Of a DNA stretch of 50,462 nt, positions 36,613-47,196 are shown piece by piece. The DNA is taken from positions 1 through 50,462 of IMG/VR virus record IMGVR_UViG_3300035670_000309, one strand, 5' to 3'. Numbering within the stretch: position 1 is the stretch's first letter; every line of letters begins with the position of its first letter. Origin of the DNA: a virus (taxonomy: Duplodnaviria; Caudoviricetes). The notes under the pieces are model-generated. The model was not told the DNA's origin. It made no database searches and saw nothing but the letters and a program-made list of their open reading frames with translations. A program made the translations under genes and the position numbers.

Positions 36613-37311
36613 ATGTCTAACATCATTCCCTTTTCCTTTGAAGAAACCGCCGTTCGCGTGATCGATGGCGAAGGCGGCCCGTGGTTTGTACTGGCGGATG
36701 TGTGCGCGGTATTGGATATCTCCAAATATCGTGACGCTGCGGCCCGACTTGATGACGACGAAAGGGGGTCGGCAGTAGTGGACACCCTTGGGGGGCCGCA
36801 AAAAACTATCACCATCAACGAATCCGGCCTTTACAATCTGATCTTTTCCAGCCGGAAAGAGTCTGCGCAACGATTCCGCAAGTGGGTGACCGCTGAAGTC
36901 CTGCCGACCATCCGCAAGACAGGTCAGTACAAAGTCGTTGAAGCTCCGGCACCGCAGAACACCGCCGCGCTTGCCGACTTTGGCCGGTTCATCATCGAAT
37001 ACGCGGACCGAAACCTTCCGAATCTTGGCGAAAAGTCCCGTCAGGTCTTGGCCGCTCGCGTCGCGAACAGCGTTTACGGTGAAGGAACCTTGCCGCTTCC
37101 TCGAATTGAGGAGAAGTTTTACACGACAACCGAGATTGCCAAGGAAGCGGGCATCACTCCGGCCCGCGCTGGTCGGCTAGCGAACGTGAACGGGCTGAAG
37201 GTTCCCGAAAACGGGGAGGTGCGGCTTGGCAAAGCTTCCCACTCGGAAAAGCACGTTGAGCAGTGGTATTGGAACGAGCGCGGTAAGATGGCGCTCCTGA
37301 GCGTGGCGTAA
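36613..37311 (+). CDS. BRO-N domain antirepressor-like protein
   Basis: F.FE...VRV....G.PWFV..DVC.VL, INESGLY.LIF.SRK..A.RF.KWVT.EVLPTIRKTG.Y. Confidence 0.92.
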   Translation: MSNIIPFSFEETAVRVIDGEGGPWFVLADVCAVLDISKYRDAAARLDDDERGSAVVDTLGGPQKTITINESGLYNLIFSSRKESAQRFRKWVTAEVLPTIRKTGQYKVVEAPAPQNTAALADFGRFIIEYADRNLPNLGEKSRQVLAARVANSVYGEGTLPLPRIEEKFYTTTEIAKEAGITPARAGRLANVNGLKVPENGEVRLGKASHSEKHVEQWYWNERGKMALLSVA

Positions 37312-37314
37312 GAG

Positions 37315-37344
37315 AAAAGCCCCGGCTCATCGCCGGGGCTTTCT
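37315..37344. terminator. Bidirectional terminator between the BRO gene and the holin
   Basis: aaaagccccgg-ctcatcg-ccggggctttct. Confidence 0.8.
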
Positions 37345-37746
37345 TCATTTCGAGACGCCCTTGAGCTTCTCGACGGTACGCAGGCCACCAAAGCCCAGCA
37401 TTCCGAATATCAACTCCCACAACATTCCATCAAGCGACGGCGGAGGCGGAACGGAAAGCCCTGCAATCTGGCAACCCCAGAGCGCAAGCGGGGCCACGAT
37501 GAACTGATAGGCCAGCGCGGCCCCACAGACCCATCCGATAAACGGACGCCAGCCACCGACGAACACAGACCCGCTGGCGGCCTCGGCCTTATTTACCTCG
37601 ACCTGCGCAAGCGCGGCCTGATTGGCGCTTTCGATCAGGCGCATTTCCATTTCCGCCTTGGCCTTCGCGGCTTCGGCGGTATCGGGAATAACCCGGTCCA
37701 GAACGCTGGAAATGACCGGCAACAGCGCGGTGATGATCGGTAACAT
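37345..37746 (-). CDS. Holin (3TM / GTA-holin family)
   Basis: EVNKAEA...FV.GWRPFIGWVCG...GMLG.GGLRT.EK.KGV. Confidence 0.85.
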   Translation of the reverse strand: MLPIITALLPVISSVLDRVIPDTAEAAKAKAEMEMRLIESANQAALAQVEVNKAEAASGSVFVGGWRPFIGWVCGAALAYQFIVAPLALWGCQIAGLSVPPPPSLDGMLWELIFGMLGFGGLRTVEKLKGVSK

Positions 37747-38138
37747 CACGGGTAATCCTTGCGCGGAAGCTGGAAATGCGGGCCGTCCTTCAGGGTCCGC
37801 CAGTCGCCGCCCCATTCAAGCGGGATAGCCAGACGGGCCGCCTCGGCTTTAACGACCGCCCCCAGCCGGTCGAACAGCGGCCAATCCCACCGGGCCTTGC
37901 CATCAATCGCGATGTATAGATCCACCGCATGGCCTGTCAGGTGGCGACTGTTCTGCGTCTGGCTGGCCCCGGCCTTGACAAGCTGCGCCTGCCGCTCCGG
38001 TGTGCGCAGGCCCTCGGACACCTCAACGTTGCAGTCAGGGTACAGGCGCTCATACGCATCTGAGGCCGCCGTCACGACAGCGACAAGATCCGGGTGGACG
38101 CCCTCAAGGCGATGCTGTGAAGTGATTGAAAGAGCCAT
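37746..38138 (-). CDS. Endolysin, M15 family peptidase
   Basis: LEGVHPDL, EGLRT.ERQ.QL, SRHLTGHAVD and WGGDW...DGPHFQ motifs. Confidence 0.93.
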   Translation of the reverse strand: MALSITSQHRLEGVHPDLVAVVTAASDAYERLYPDCNVEVSEGLRTPERQAQLVKAGASQTQNSRHLTGHAVDLYIAIDGKARWDWPLFDRLGAVVKAEAARLAIPLEWGGDWRTLKDGPHFQLPRKDYP

Positions 38139-38957
38139 TTAGACCTCCGTTGATAGCGGCCCCTCATACCACGTCAAGCCGTACCAGACGGACGCGGCGG
38201 CAGTGGTAGAGCGGTTGGTGATGCGAGCAAGGTAGGGCGTCGCAAAGGCAAGGCGGCGCTCAATGCCCGATGTTTGCGTAAACCCTGACACCCGGTTTCC
38301 GGCACTGACGCTGCCGTAGATGGGCTGGCTATCAATCAGGAGGCCGGGATTTGTGACGGTCGGGCCGGACAACATAGAAACAGTCGTCGCCGCCGGAGTG
38401 ACCTCGTTGTAATTGTGGATCGGAACAGCGGTTCCACCCGAAAATGATGTGCCCCGGTAGACCTGATACAGCACGTTATCCCCGTTGGTGCGAATTTCGC
38501 GGCCTTTGACGAGAACCGGTGTCATGTCGGGGACAAACAGAACGTCAACTGACGCACCTTGCGCAATCGTCAAAAACTCAATTCCAGCATAAAACTGTGT
38601 ACCATTTTTGACGTTCGCTTCTGAAAACGGCTGCGTGGTGATGGCTCTAAACCGGCCATCATAGACGCGCTGGTCGAGTGCCGGGAGCAACGAGCCATCC
38701 GTATAGGTGTAGGTCAGCGACGCGCCACCGGAGCGGCTGCGAACGTACAGAGTGTTTCCGGCCTCTAGCGGCAGCGTGTATTGTTTTCCGGGAAAGATCG
38801 CATGACCGACTACGGAAGCTCCGGGGGGCTCATTCGCTACCGCAAAATAACAGTCTGTCGCTGTGCTTTCGAAGATCAGGATGCCAGCCACGGGGCCAGC
38901 CACAATTGATTGCCACGTTGCGCCAACAGGGATTTGAGTTGTGTTCTGAGCGGTCAT
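38139..38957 (-). CDS. Hypothetical virion-associated beta-rich protein
   Basis: Late-strand ORF directly before the endolysin. Confidence 0.6.
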   Translation of the reverse strand: MTAQNTTQIPVGATWQSIVAGPVAGILIFESTATDCYFAVANEPPGASVVGHAIFPGKQYTLPLEAGNTLYVRSRSGGASLTYTYTDGSLLPALDQRVYDGRFRAITTQPFSEANVKNGTQFYAGIEFLTIAQGASVDVLFVPDMTPVLVKGREIRTNGDNVLYQVYRGTSFSGGTAVPIHNYNEVTPAATTVSMLSGPTVTNPGLLIDSQPIYGSVSAGNRVSGFTQTSGIERRLAFATPYLARITNRSTTAAASVWYGLTWYEGPLSTEV

Positions 38958-39089
38958 TTTATCGCCTCGCCCTGCCGGGTTAGCCTGCACTGTGGCCTCC
39001 GGGGTTGGGCCGGGCAGGTCAGCCCGTCCACACCGCTAGCTGTGCGGCCCCGGAGGTTGGCGCAATTCTCGCATTGTCAGTTGTAAAAC

Positions 39090-39455
39090 TCAATCCTTGC
39101 GGTCTGAATCAACTTCAATTTGACATTTAATGTCACTAAATCCGAATCTCTTGGCAATAACCTTAATGGTGAAGTCAATTGTCTTGACACCAAAGTATCC
39201 ACAGATAGACGCAACAGCCCCGGCGACGGGGAAACTTTCAATTCCAAGCGACGCAATAAGGCCCGCAGAAATGGAGCCAAGCGACGCAACCATGATAGTT
39301 TCAGCAAGAGCCTCTTTGATCGTAGGCAGTCGTTTCTTCCGCTCCGACCAGTGCAATGCGCGCCCCAATGCAACAAATGCAATGCTTGCCGCCATTAGCG
39401 TTAACTCCGCAGGTTTTACGGCTTGAAAAGCCGCGATAAAATCGTTCCTGTCCAT
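39090..39455 (-). CDS. Small membrane protein, possibly holin-like
   Basis: Two to three transmembrane segments; ICGYFG motif. Confidence 0.55.
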   Translation of the reverse strand: MDRNDFIAAFQAVKPAELTLMAASIAFVALGRALHWSERKKRLPTIKEALAETIMVASLGSISAGLIASLGIESFPVAGAVASICGYFGVKTIDFTIKVIAKRFGFSDIKCQIEVDSDRKD

Positions 39456-40105
39456 ACAATACCCCTGCGGAAAAGGACTGTCTCTAGTCTGGAATTACTA
39501 CGAAGTTGTGCGCAATCGTATACTAACGGAATGCACTGTGAACCTACAATACTATCAAGCCGTGAAGTTGTAGAGACATTCAACGCCTCGTTACTGTTGA
39601 TTAGCGTATATCCGCGAATATCCACCAGAGACAGGCGAAGTTTTTTAAAAACCCCTTTGTGAACGCAATAAATATAATCCCCAGCGATTACGGCGCGTCC
39701 GCCAAAAACAGCCAGCGCGGTAGGGCGCAAGATGTTTACCACGCCACCCGGCCCTGAGATTGGAGACAGGGCATACATGTAGCGAGTCCGGTCTAGCGGC
39801 TCAGGCTTCAGGCGGCGCAAGAGCGATGTCTTGATCGCCCAAAAAACGAACAGCGCGACGATGGGAGCGTAAAGCGGTAGATCATCAGCCAGCGTCACGC
39901 CAGCGACAGCTAAGAACGCATCGCAGAAAAACCAGACGCACAGGATCAACCAAAGCCCCGAACGGATGGGGCTGCGCATAGCCTCCCCATCCGCCAGTTT
40001 TGCAGCCATGACGAACATTGCCAACGTTAAAGCGGCCACAGACGTAGAATCGTCTGGGAGAGCAACGTATGCGCATACAAGGGCCAAGACTGTCAGAGGA
40101 ATCAT
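39416..40105 (-). CDS. Hypothetical membrane protein
   Basis: N-terminal transmembrane helices followed by a soluble domain. Confidence 0.55.
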   Translation of the reverse strand: MIPLTVLALVCAYVALPDDSTSVAALTLAMFVMAAKLADGEAMRSPIRSGLWLILCVWFFCDAFLAVAGVTLADDLPLYAPIVALFVFWAIKTSLLRRLKPEPLDRTRYMYALSPISGPGGVVNILRPTALAVFGGRAVIAGDYIYCVHKGVFKKLRLSLVDIRGYTLINSNEALNVSTTSRLDSIVGSQCIPLVYDCAQLRSNSRLETVLFRRGIVWTGTILSRLFKP

Positions 40106-40274
40106 TACTTTTTCGGCTTCCCGAGGGCCTCACGCATCGCACCGCGCAATGCATCACGCATGGGGCTGCTGGTGGGCTTATTCCCGCGCGGAATGACCTT
40201 CTCTCCAGCCATCCGACGCATAGGCGCAACGGTACCGCAGTCAGATTTACCGGGCTTTTTCATGGGTTTGTCCA

Positions 40275-40862
40275 TCAGAATTTTTCCTCGAGGTTAACTG
40301 TTGGAGGGTTAATAGATGTGTCAAAGGCCTGCAGGTCTGCAAGCGTAGCCGTCCCTGTATCGACCTGATCACGCAGAGACTCTAGTGCTATAATCTTAGC
40401 TTTGACCTGTCCAAGTATGTTTCCAGCCGCAGTCTTCCACTCGGCAGCATTCGCGAGGATCGCAGCAGACAGGCCGGAAAGAGTCCAGCCGCCGTTAGAC
40501 GCTGCGACCATTGAATGGAGCATCACCGGCACATAAGTAGGATTTTCTGACCACTCTTCCGCTTCGTGGTACTGGCACCACCACGTTTGAGCTTCTTCGG
40601 CACTGTAGGGAACCTTTACTGCGCGTGCCGTATCTTCACCGGAGCGTCTGATGTCATTGATTTTTTGATTGTAAATTTCTTCAGCCGTTGGCGCTGGAGG
40701 GTCAACCAAAATGGGGCGTCCGTCAGCATCTGTCGCAATTATCTTTCCGGCAGCCTGACCCGCCAATAATTCGGCATGCCGCTCCGGAGTAACTGGTACT
40801 GCTCCATCAGGAATAATATGGACAGAATCAACATAAAATCCACCATTAAACCAATAAAACAT
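40275..40862 (-). CDS. Tail fibre assembly protein
   Basis: GFY.......P..AV.VT.E.HAELL.GQA.GK.I..DADG.P.L.DPP.PT. Confidence 0.8.
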   Translation of the reverse strand: MFYWFNGGFYVDSVHIIPDGAVPVTPERHAELLAGQAAGKIIATDADGRPILVDPPAPTAEEIYNQKINDIRRSGEDTARAVKVPYSAEEAQTWWCQYHEAEEWSENPTYVPVMLHSMVAASNGGWTLSGLSAAILANAAEWKTAAGNILGQVKAKIIALESLRDQVDTGTATLADLQAFDTSINPPTVNLEEKF

Positions 40863-40874
40863 AATTTCACCCCT

Positions 40875-41759
40875 TTAATACCCGGTTGAAATCCAATGGT
40901 TATAATTTCCACCACCCCAAACAACAGCGGAAGAATTACTTACGCTGCTTACGCCAGAGGCAGCGCTGGAAGTATTAAAAGCCGCACCATTTGTTGTTGC
41001 CTCCATTACAAAGCTAAAACACCCATTGGGATATGTAATCGGGAACGTCACTGTTGCCGGGTTCGTTGTTATGAACGCGCGGCCCCATTGGAGGATCAGG
41101 CCACCGGGAAAAATCTGATAGCCAGAAATAGCAAGGGATTGATTGGAGCCCTGAAGCGCCTGCTTGAGCTTAAGAGGACTAATAAACGTCGAGTCATTAG
41201 CCTGAGCCTGCGCCTGCGCAGTGGACGAGACACTAACCGCAGTAATCGATGACCAAGGCAGCAACCTGAAGTTTGTGCCGTCGTATTGTATTTCTACCGG
41301 CTTTGCCGCCGTCAACTCTCCACCTGTCAGGGGTGCCCCTGAGTAAGATAAAAGAGACTTTACTCCCAAAAGGGTCGCCGCCGTTTGGCCGATATTTACC
41401 GTTACCGCACCAGTATTGGATGCGGCTGGAGAGAAAGCAATCCTCATCCCGGACAGGAGCGTGTAATCAGGGGGCAGAAGGACGCCAGACGCTCCTGAAA
41501 CAGGAGTCAACTCAATCGCATTTGCAGATCCTCCCGCTTGAAACGCGGTTGCCTTGGTCGAGTGGATAAAAAGTGACTTGGCAAGCTGGGTTGTATCCGA
41601 ATCTGCAGAGCCATCATCGGAAGAAAGCGTCTGCCCAGAACGAGAAACCGATGCCTCAAGCTCCGACAGAAAATTATTGATGTTGATAGCGCCCAAGTAA
41701 TCAGTCGCTGAAGGATCGTTCCCTACCGGCGTATTATTGAACGTTCGGAAATTTCTCAT
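40875..41759 (-). CDS. Short tail fibre protein (gp53-like C-terminal domain)
   Basis: NTGAVTVNI, ISPLKL and GYQIFPGGLILQWG...VTFPI.YP...W.STGY motifs. Confidence 0.85.
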   Translation of the reverse strand: MRNFRTFNNTPVGNDPSATDYLGAININNFLSELEASVSRSGQTLSSDDGSADSDTTQLAKSLFIHSTKATAFQAGGSANAIELTPVSGASGVLLPPDYTLLSGMRIAFSPAASNTGAVTVNIGQTAATLLGVKSLLSYSGAPLTGGELTAAKPVEIQYDGTNFRLLPWSSITAVSVSSTAQAQAQANDSTFISPLKLKQALQGSNQSLAISGYQIFPGGLILQWGRAFITTNPATVTFPITYPNGCFSFVMEATTNGAAFNTSSAASGVSSVSNSSAVVWGGGNYNHWISTGY

Positions 41760-42376
41760 GATCTAACCTCGATTTGAACGTAGACATTTGCCGGAACGAT
41801 TCTAGCCATGATGCACTCTATTTTGCTGGTGTCGATGCCGCGAATCAACTGTTGCGGCAATTGATATGGCAACTTTGCGCCGCCGCGCTCCACTTCAACA
41901 ACGATGATAAACCGCTTTCCGGGAGCGGAAATTAGGTGCTGCGGCAACCGATAAGGCAGCGTGTAATAAGGTTGGCCCGGATACAGCGTGATCGCCTGCC
42001 CGTCGAGTTGCGAATTAACGAAATCCTGCATTTCTTGGAGCGTAACAATTGGGGATTTTCGCAACCGCGAAATAACAGCCGCCCGACGCTGCGCCAGATC
42101 CGGCAAAACTCCGATGCAATTATCCGGCAGCCCGACAGATGTTTCCCACTCAGTAATCAGATCTGACGTTGTGTTCGCGTTGAACTCACGCGCTGCGTAT
42201 TCGATTTCCTGCTCTAGAGCGTTAAACGGAACGGCCATCCCGGCCAGAAGGCCCCGAATATTCGATCCCTCGCTGTACTTACGCATCCACGCGACACCAT
42301 CAGGCGCATGAGCTGCAAGCTCATCCGTTGATTGCTCCAGCGTTCCCGCGTCAAATAGGGTTAGGCGAACGGTCAT
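41756..42376 (-). CDS. Baseplate wedge protein (DUF2313 / Mu gp48-like)
   Basis: P.G.AW, L.EWE.SVGLPD.C, QRR.AV and EC.M..I.PA motifs. Confidence 0.85.
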   Translation of the reverse strand: MTVRLTLFDAGTLEQSTDELAAHAPDGVAWMRKYSEGSNIRGLLAGMAVPFNALEQEIEYAAREFNANTTSDLITEWETSVGLPDNCIGVLPDLAQRRAAVISRLRKSPIVTLQEMQDFVNSQLDGQAITLYPGQPYYTLPYRLPQHLISAPGKRFIIVVEVERGGAKLPYQLPQQLIRGIDTSKIECIMARIVPANVYVQIEVRS

Positions 42377-43719
42377 GGGTAAGTCGCACCCCCGAACACT
42401 GCAATCTGCCCCGCGCTCACGGTCACGTCAGCGGTCGGAGACGAAAGCGAAAAGGAAACCAAGGCCGCGCCCGTCGTCGTGTCCACCGTGTTCTGGATCG
42501 CTCCAAGATAAGCGGCCTCCCGCAAAGTCTCTTCGAAATCAACCGTATCCTCAAAAAACGCCTGAAGCTGCGCCGTAATCGCGCTGCGCATGGTCGTGGT
42601 GTCGGGGACGATTGACGAAAAAACGAACGGAACTGACACGGGCACGGGAGCGAAAACGAAAACATCCCCCTCCCATGTGTTGGCCGGAAGCCGACCGTTC
42701 GCAAGAATCGCGGCTTTCGTGTTGCTCAGGACCGTTTGCGTCGGGATCGGGTTTGCGTCATTATCCCGCAGGATGTAAACGACCGTTTGCCCAGGAACCG
42801 GAATCATGCCCGGACCCGGAGATCCGCACACAGAAAGCGACGGCGTGACCACAAAGGCCCGTGTGTTCCCCGCTACGCCAAGCGCCGCCAGTTTGACCTG
42901 ATCGGACGTAAACACGCCTTCCTGAATCGACCGAGACAGCAGGATCCGCGCCCGGTAATCCTCATCGCTCTCAACGGCAGCCCCCCCGGAGATTCCATCG
43001 ATCCCAGCCGTTGCCGACGAATTGACCCCAGCCGGTGCAGCGGTGAACGCAAAAACACCTCCTGCCGGTGCGTTCGCGGCCTGCCCTGTCGAAGTGCTTT
43101 CAATTTGCACAGGGGCATAGGTCGCTGAATAGCCGATGGTTCCCGTTGCCGGGCTGACCGGAGAGCCTGAAACCGTGTATTGAAACTGGTTACGGGCTGT
43201 CACGACAATTTCAAACGTACCGTTATACTCGGTCTGCGTCGCGCCGGAGATGGTGACAGACAGCCCAGACGAAAGCGAATGATCGGATGGCGTGGTCGCA
43301 ATGGCGGTTGTGCCGGTGCGTGTCAACGAGCTAATGGACTGAGACACAACAGAAATAACCGCGACGGCGGTGGTCTGGTAGATCACGCCCGAGCGTGAAA
43401 GCTGCGTCCCTGACGGAATAACGCTCCCGTTCGTTCCGGTCGCTGCCACAACTCCGATAGCAGGTGACGCGGCCTTGCGCGGCAGGGTTTCGTAGCCGCC
43501 CCAAAGGTCGAGAAATTCGCCCTCCGCGGTCTGCGGGAAATACTGCTTCGCCAGATCGCGAATAATCAGAAGGCCGGTCTGTGTCTGAAGTGCCGTTGTA
43601 TCAAGCAGCGCCTTAGCAAAAGACCCCTGAATAGTCGGGTCAACAGACGGCAATTGCCGCCGCAACTCAGCCTGAGCCTGCGCTGACAGATCGTTAAGCG
43701 TCGGAAATGTCAGCGGCAT
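42373..43719 (-). CDS. Baseplate J / Mu gp47-like protein with an inserted domain
   Basis: FPQTAEGEFLD.WG, RKAA and GGA..ESDE.YRARIL motifs. Confidence 0.92.
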   Translation of the reverse strand: MPLTFPTLNDLSAQAQAELRRQLPSVDPTIQGSFAKALLDTTALQTQTGLLIIRDLAKQYFPQTAEGEFLDLWGGYETLPRKAASPAIGVVAATGTNGSVIPSGTQLSRSGVIYQTTAVAVISVVSQSISSLTRTGTTAIATTPSDHSLSSGLSVTISGATQTEYNGTFEIVVTARNQFQYTVSGSPVSPATGTIGYSATYAPVQIESTSTGQAANAPAGGVFAFTAAPAGVNSSATAGIDGISGGAAVESDEDYRARILLSRSIQEGVFTSDQVKLAALGVAGNTRAFVVTPSLSVCGSPGPGMIPVPGQTVVYILRDNDANPIPTQTVLSNTKAAILANGRLPANTWEGDVFVFAPVPVSVPFVFSSIVPDTTTMRSAITAQLQAFFEDTVDFEETLREAAYLGAIQNTVDTTTGAALVSFSLSSPTADVTVSAGQIAVFGGATYP

Positions 43720-44152
43720 TGGTCAGGCTCCAAAGTCTGGCGAACTGCTGAATATTACCATTGTTCTGTGTAATTTGAACGGTAATTTGAATTGTCTTGG
43801 AATTGTACTGTACGGCGGTCGCCTCAACAGAACGAGCCGCGCCGCTTTCGATCATCCAAGACAAGGCTGCTTCGGCGTCAAGCTCAATGCGTCGGCGGAT
43901 TTCATCGGTAATTCTGGCCTGCGCATAGGTCCAAAGCAGACTATCAGCCACGGCCTGCGGGTTAATGACGTTGCCCGGCCAGCCGCGCCGCCGCTGCGGG
44001 ATCGGGTTGCGTGACGCTGGGGCGCGGCCATCCGTGAACAGGCTTTTGGTCACGGCGGTTTCGAACCCATCCACAACCCCGAACTGGTCGCCGTCGATCA
44101 CCAGATCATAGCCGCCGCCAGCGTCCAGCGTAAGCGCAAGATCCTGAGCCAT
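43694..44152 (-). CDS. Mu gp46-like baseplate protein
   Basis: TAV..SLFTD.RA...RRGW.G...SLLW...A..AL.W.I. Confidence 0.88.
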   Translation of the reverse strand: MAQDLALTLDAGGGYDLVIDGDQFGVVDGFETAVTKSLFTDGRAPASRNPIPQRRRGWPGNVINPQAVADSLLWTYAQARITDEIRRRIELDAEAALSWMIESGAARSVEATAVQYNSKTIQITVQITQNNGNIQQFARLWSLTNAADISDA

Positions 44153-44736
44153 CAAACCGGGCCTCCCGTGTTTCCGCCGCCCGGAGTGACGCCGGAATGC
44201 AAGTGCGAATTAAGGCTGATGCCGGACGCAACAACATCCGCAGGCGTTGTAACGTTCCCGGTGGTCGTGATGTCGCCGGAGAACGAAGCCGCGCCGCCGC
44301 CTGTTTGCGTGAGAGTCCCGGCAATCGTCACGTTTCCATTAAACGTGATCGATGGACAGTTAACCGTGGTCGTCGCGCTGGCATTGACCGTGACGTTAGT
44401 TGCCTTGGTGATGATCACATCGTTTTCAGATGAAACCTCAATCGTTCCATCATCGCGCCAAAGAACCCACGACCGGGTTTTGTAGTTTCCAATCGCAACC
44501 TCCCACGTTTTCAGCGCCGTTAGCGGTCTGCTCTTCGGATCGTCGGCAATGCCGATCAGGTTACTGTCAAGGCCCATCTGCTGATATACGGGCACAAACG
44601 AACCAACCGGCGGGTTGTGCATCAGACCGTAAGGCGCATGCAGCACGGTTTTAGCATCGGTTCGGCCCTGCATTTTGACCACGCCGCGCCGCATTCCGCC
44701 ACTGTCGTCCGATGATGTAAGTGTGCCTACCTTCAT
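44152..44736 (-). CDS. Baseplate spike (Mu gp45 / gpV-like)
   Basis: PYG..H.PP; C-terminal GISL.SHLHSGV.PGG..TG.P. Confidence 0.9.
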   Translation of the reverse strand: MKVGTLTSSDDSGGMRRGVVKMQGRTDAKTVLHAPYGLMHNPPVGSFVPVYQQMGLDSNLIGIADDPKSRPLTALKTWEVAIGNYKTRSWVLWRDDGTIEVSSENDVIITKATNVTVNASATTTVNCPSITFNGNVTIAGTLTQTGGGAASFSGDITTTGNVTTPADVVASGISLNSHLHSGVTPGGGNTGGPV

Positions 44737-44742
44737 TTCACA

Positions 44743-45855
44743 TCATCCCGAAGTAAATTCCGTTCCAATCATAGCCCGCATACGTGTTTTTGTCGAGGCC
44801 ACGCCCTGCACATTGTAGGCGTCAGGCGGGCAGAGCGTGAGTTTGCAAGACGTTCCGCCGCTGTTGTCCTGCGACACGTTTACGGACCGGATCAGCAGCG
44901 TTCCGGCCACGCCTGCGAACTCATCAGACACGCGCACAAGCTGCCCGATGTCCCAAAGGCTGCCGTTGCGCTGCATCACGTCAGGGATCGTTACGCAATA
45001 TTCAGTGGATCGCGCACGGCGCAAGTTGGCTTCTTCATTGGCCTGCCCGCCGCACTGTCCGTCATCGCTACTCTCTTTGGCCTGCACCTCAAGATAGCGG
45101 CTCGTCCTGATCTCTGGATCGGTCAGCGTTCCGCTGCGGTCGGTGCCTTCGCCGTAATCGTCTGAGTCGTCGGAAAAATTATCCTGCGATGTGACTTTGT
45201 ACGTGTGAAAACGGTCCTGCCATGATTGAGAGATAGACCAATTCGTGACGTTGTTGTTGCGACCGTTCCGCATGTTTTGAATGGGATCGTGCGCCCGGTC
45301 AGATCCGGGCCGGTAAATCACGAGCTTCCCATCGCCGGACGGGATCAAATAAACCTGAGCCTTTCGCGCAAAACTATTCAGCAACTCCATGCACTTACGG
45401 CCAGAATTTGAACCAGCGCGCCCAGTCTTATCCTCGGCAGGGTTTTTCGCTGATGCGCCTCCTGACTTATCAACCACAGGAATTGACGCACCGAGCGCCG
45501 AAATCACGCGCTGGCATAGGCTGGCTAGGCTCACGTCTCCGTCGATGTCCTTGACGCTATCAGGAACGCTGCTGTCGATCAGGTCACAGATATTGTCACG
45601 GCCACGAACCTGCACCGATGATCCGCCATTGTCACCTGATGCGCTGATTTCATCCACGTATCCGAAGACTTTAGAGACGCCATTCACCAGCACTTGAACC
45701 GCGTCGCCAGCCTTGACAGGATACGCTTGCGGGAGCGTGTTCGTCGTTGAAAACGTAAAATCACCCGCGTTCGTGTCAATGGAGCGCGTGTAAGACAGAT
45801 TCTTCCACAGCGTATAGGGAAGGCCGTTAACTCGAAGCTCTATTTTCGTCGGCAT
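44743..45855 (-). CDS. Baseplate hub (Mu gp44 / P-like)
   Basis: GYVD, V.GRD...DLIDSS and W.IGQLV.V.DE motifs. Confidence 0.9.
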   Translation of the reverse strand: MPTKIELRVNGLPYTLWKNLSYTRSIDTNAGDFTFSTTNTLPQAYPVKAGDAVQVLVNGVSKVFGYVDEISASGDNGGSSVQVRGRDNICDLIDSSVPDSVKDIDGDVSLASLCQRVISALGASIPVVDKSGGASAKNPAEDKTGRAGSNSGRKCMELLNSFARKAQVYLIPSGDGKLVIYRPGSDRAHDPIQNMRNGRNNNVTNWSISQSWQDRFHTYKVTSQDNFSDDSDDYGEGTDRSGTLTDPEIRTSRYLEVQAKESSDDGQCGGQANEEANLRRARSTEYCVTIPDVMQRNGSLWDIGQLVRVSDEFAGVAGTLLIRSVNVSQDNSGGTSCKLTLCPPDAYNVQGVASTKTRMRAMIGTEFTSG

Positions 45856-45858
45856 CGT

Positions 45859-47193
45859 TTACCCCCGCGTGAAAACAGATACGGTTCCGCTCAGGCCGTT
45901 CGACGGCAGCGCAGGGTTCAGGCCACGCACGCCTTCCGCCGCTTGCACCATGTCCGATGCGGTCCTGAACTGTTCCGCGTACAGACTATAGCTGGTCAGC
46001 AGGCTAGGAGTTGGCCGGTTAATCCCAATGGAATCAACACGATAAACGCTTGATCGCTTGCCATCCATCACGGCCAACGCGGCAAGGCGCACATCCTCAA
46101 CCGCCTGACGCACGACAGGATCGGCCTGCAAAACATCGGGGTTGCTAACGTCAATTCGCATGATTTGCTCATGTGCGTTCTCAAGTTGCGCTCGTGCTTG
46201 GATTAGCTCGTCCTCGGTCGCATAAGTGCGGGCTGCCCCGACTTCATAGGCCGAAACTAGCGCGGCGGTCCGGTTGGCGCGAACAACAGCCAGCCGGTTA
46301 AGGTTGCGCTGGTCGCGTTCGTAAGTGGTCGCAGGCCACAGCGGGACTGTGTAAGACTGCCCGATTGTCGGAGACGACGACCGCGATGCGCGCGCAATGT
46401 CCGAAAGCTGAAGGATAAGTCCCGCTCCAAACGCGGTTAGCCCGATCAGCCGCGAAAAGGCCGGGGCAAGCTGAACGCCAGCATTGCCGACCCAAAGCCC
46501 TTCGGCTAGAGCGGTCCAGACGCCGGTTTCACCGAGGATCGAAAGGGCGAACGCTCCCGGATCACGAATCAGCGCATTGACGTTTCGGTAAACGTTTTGC
46601 GCGGCAGTCGTAACCGCCACAATTTGAGATACCGGGATGGAGTCAACCAGCCCGTTCACAGCCTCGGCCACACCTGCCAGACCGTCAAAACTGAAAACGT
46701 TAGCGTTGGCTGCCGTCTGAGGCGCCATCGAATAGGCGGAAAAACGATCCGCCAAAGCCTCGCGGGCGGTAAAGCCACGATCATAGACCGTTTGTTCATC
46801 GATTTCCGCAAGCGAAGGCCCGGCCAGAGTGCGGCCACGAGTGAACCGCAGCGAATAGGTGACTTCACCGAGGCCGGTCTGCGCCACGGACCTGCTGTAC
46901 TGCATCGCGTAAACTTCGACGCGGCCCACAGACGGAAGGAAAAGCTCACCCGGCCCTTCTTCATTAAGGACCGCCTCGAATCCACGGCTGTTCTGATACC
47001 AGTTTTCGCCAAAGATAAAGCCGTCAACCTCAAATTCAGAGGGTATTGACCCCAGATCTTCGGCGTAGCGCTCCCCCGAGTTGACGAAATCGTGCAGGAC
47101 GACGCGCCGCCCCAGAGATGGAACATTTTCCGAGCGAACCCAAAACGGATAGCCCTTGAAGGATGCCGGAACAACTTTGTCAAGGATCGCCAT
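45859..47193 (-). CDS. Mu N-like DNA circularisation / tail protein
   Basis: ASFKG.PF.V......GRR...H.F......EDLG...GPGEL..P..G. Confidence 0.9.
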   Translation of the reverse strand: MAILDKVVPASFKGYPFWVRSENVPSLGRRVVLHDFVNSGERYAEDLGSIPSEFEVDGFIFGENWYQNSRGFEAVLNEEGPGELFLPSVGRVEVYAMQYSRSVAQTGLGEVTYSLRFTRGRTLAGPSLAEIDEQTVYDRGFTAREALADRFSAYSMAPQTAANANVFSFDGLAGVAEAVNGLVDSIPVSQIVAVTTAAQNVYRNVNALIRDPGAFALSILGETGVWTALAEGLWVGNAGVQLAPAFSRLIGLTAFGAGLILQLSDIARASRSSSPTIGQSYTVPLWPATTYERDQRNLNRLAVVRANRTAALVSAYEVGAARTYATEDELIQARAQLENAHEQIMRIDVSNPDVLQADPVVRQAVEDVRLAALAVMDGKRSSVYRVDSIGINRPTPSLLTSYSLYAEQFRTASDMVQAAEGVRGLNPALPSNGLSGTVSVFTRG

Positions 47194-47196
47194 ATC

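Noticed and set aside
41756-47193. Mu-like transposable phage
   Set aside because: Only the tail and baseplate are Mu-like. There is no MuA/MuB, the head is HK97-type and replication is initiator-based.
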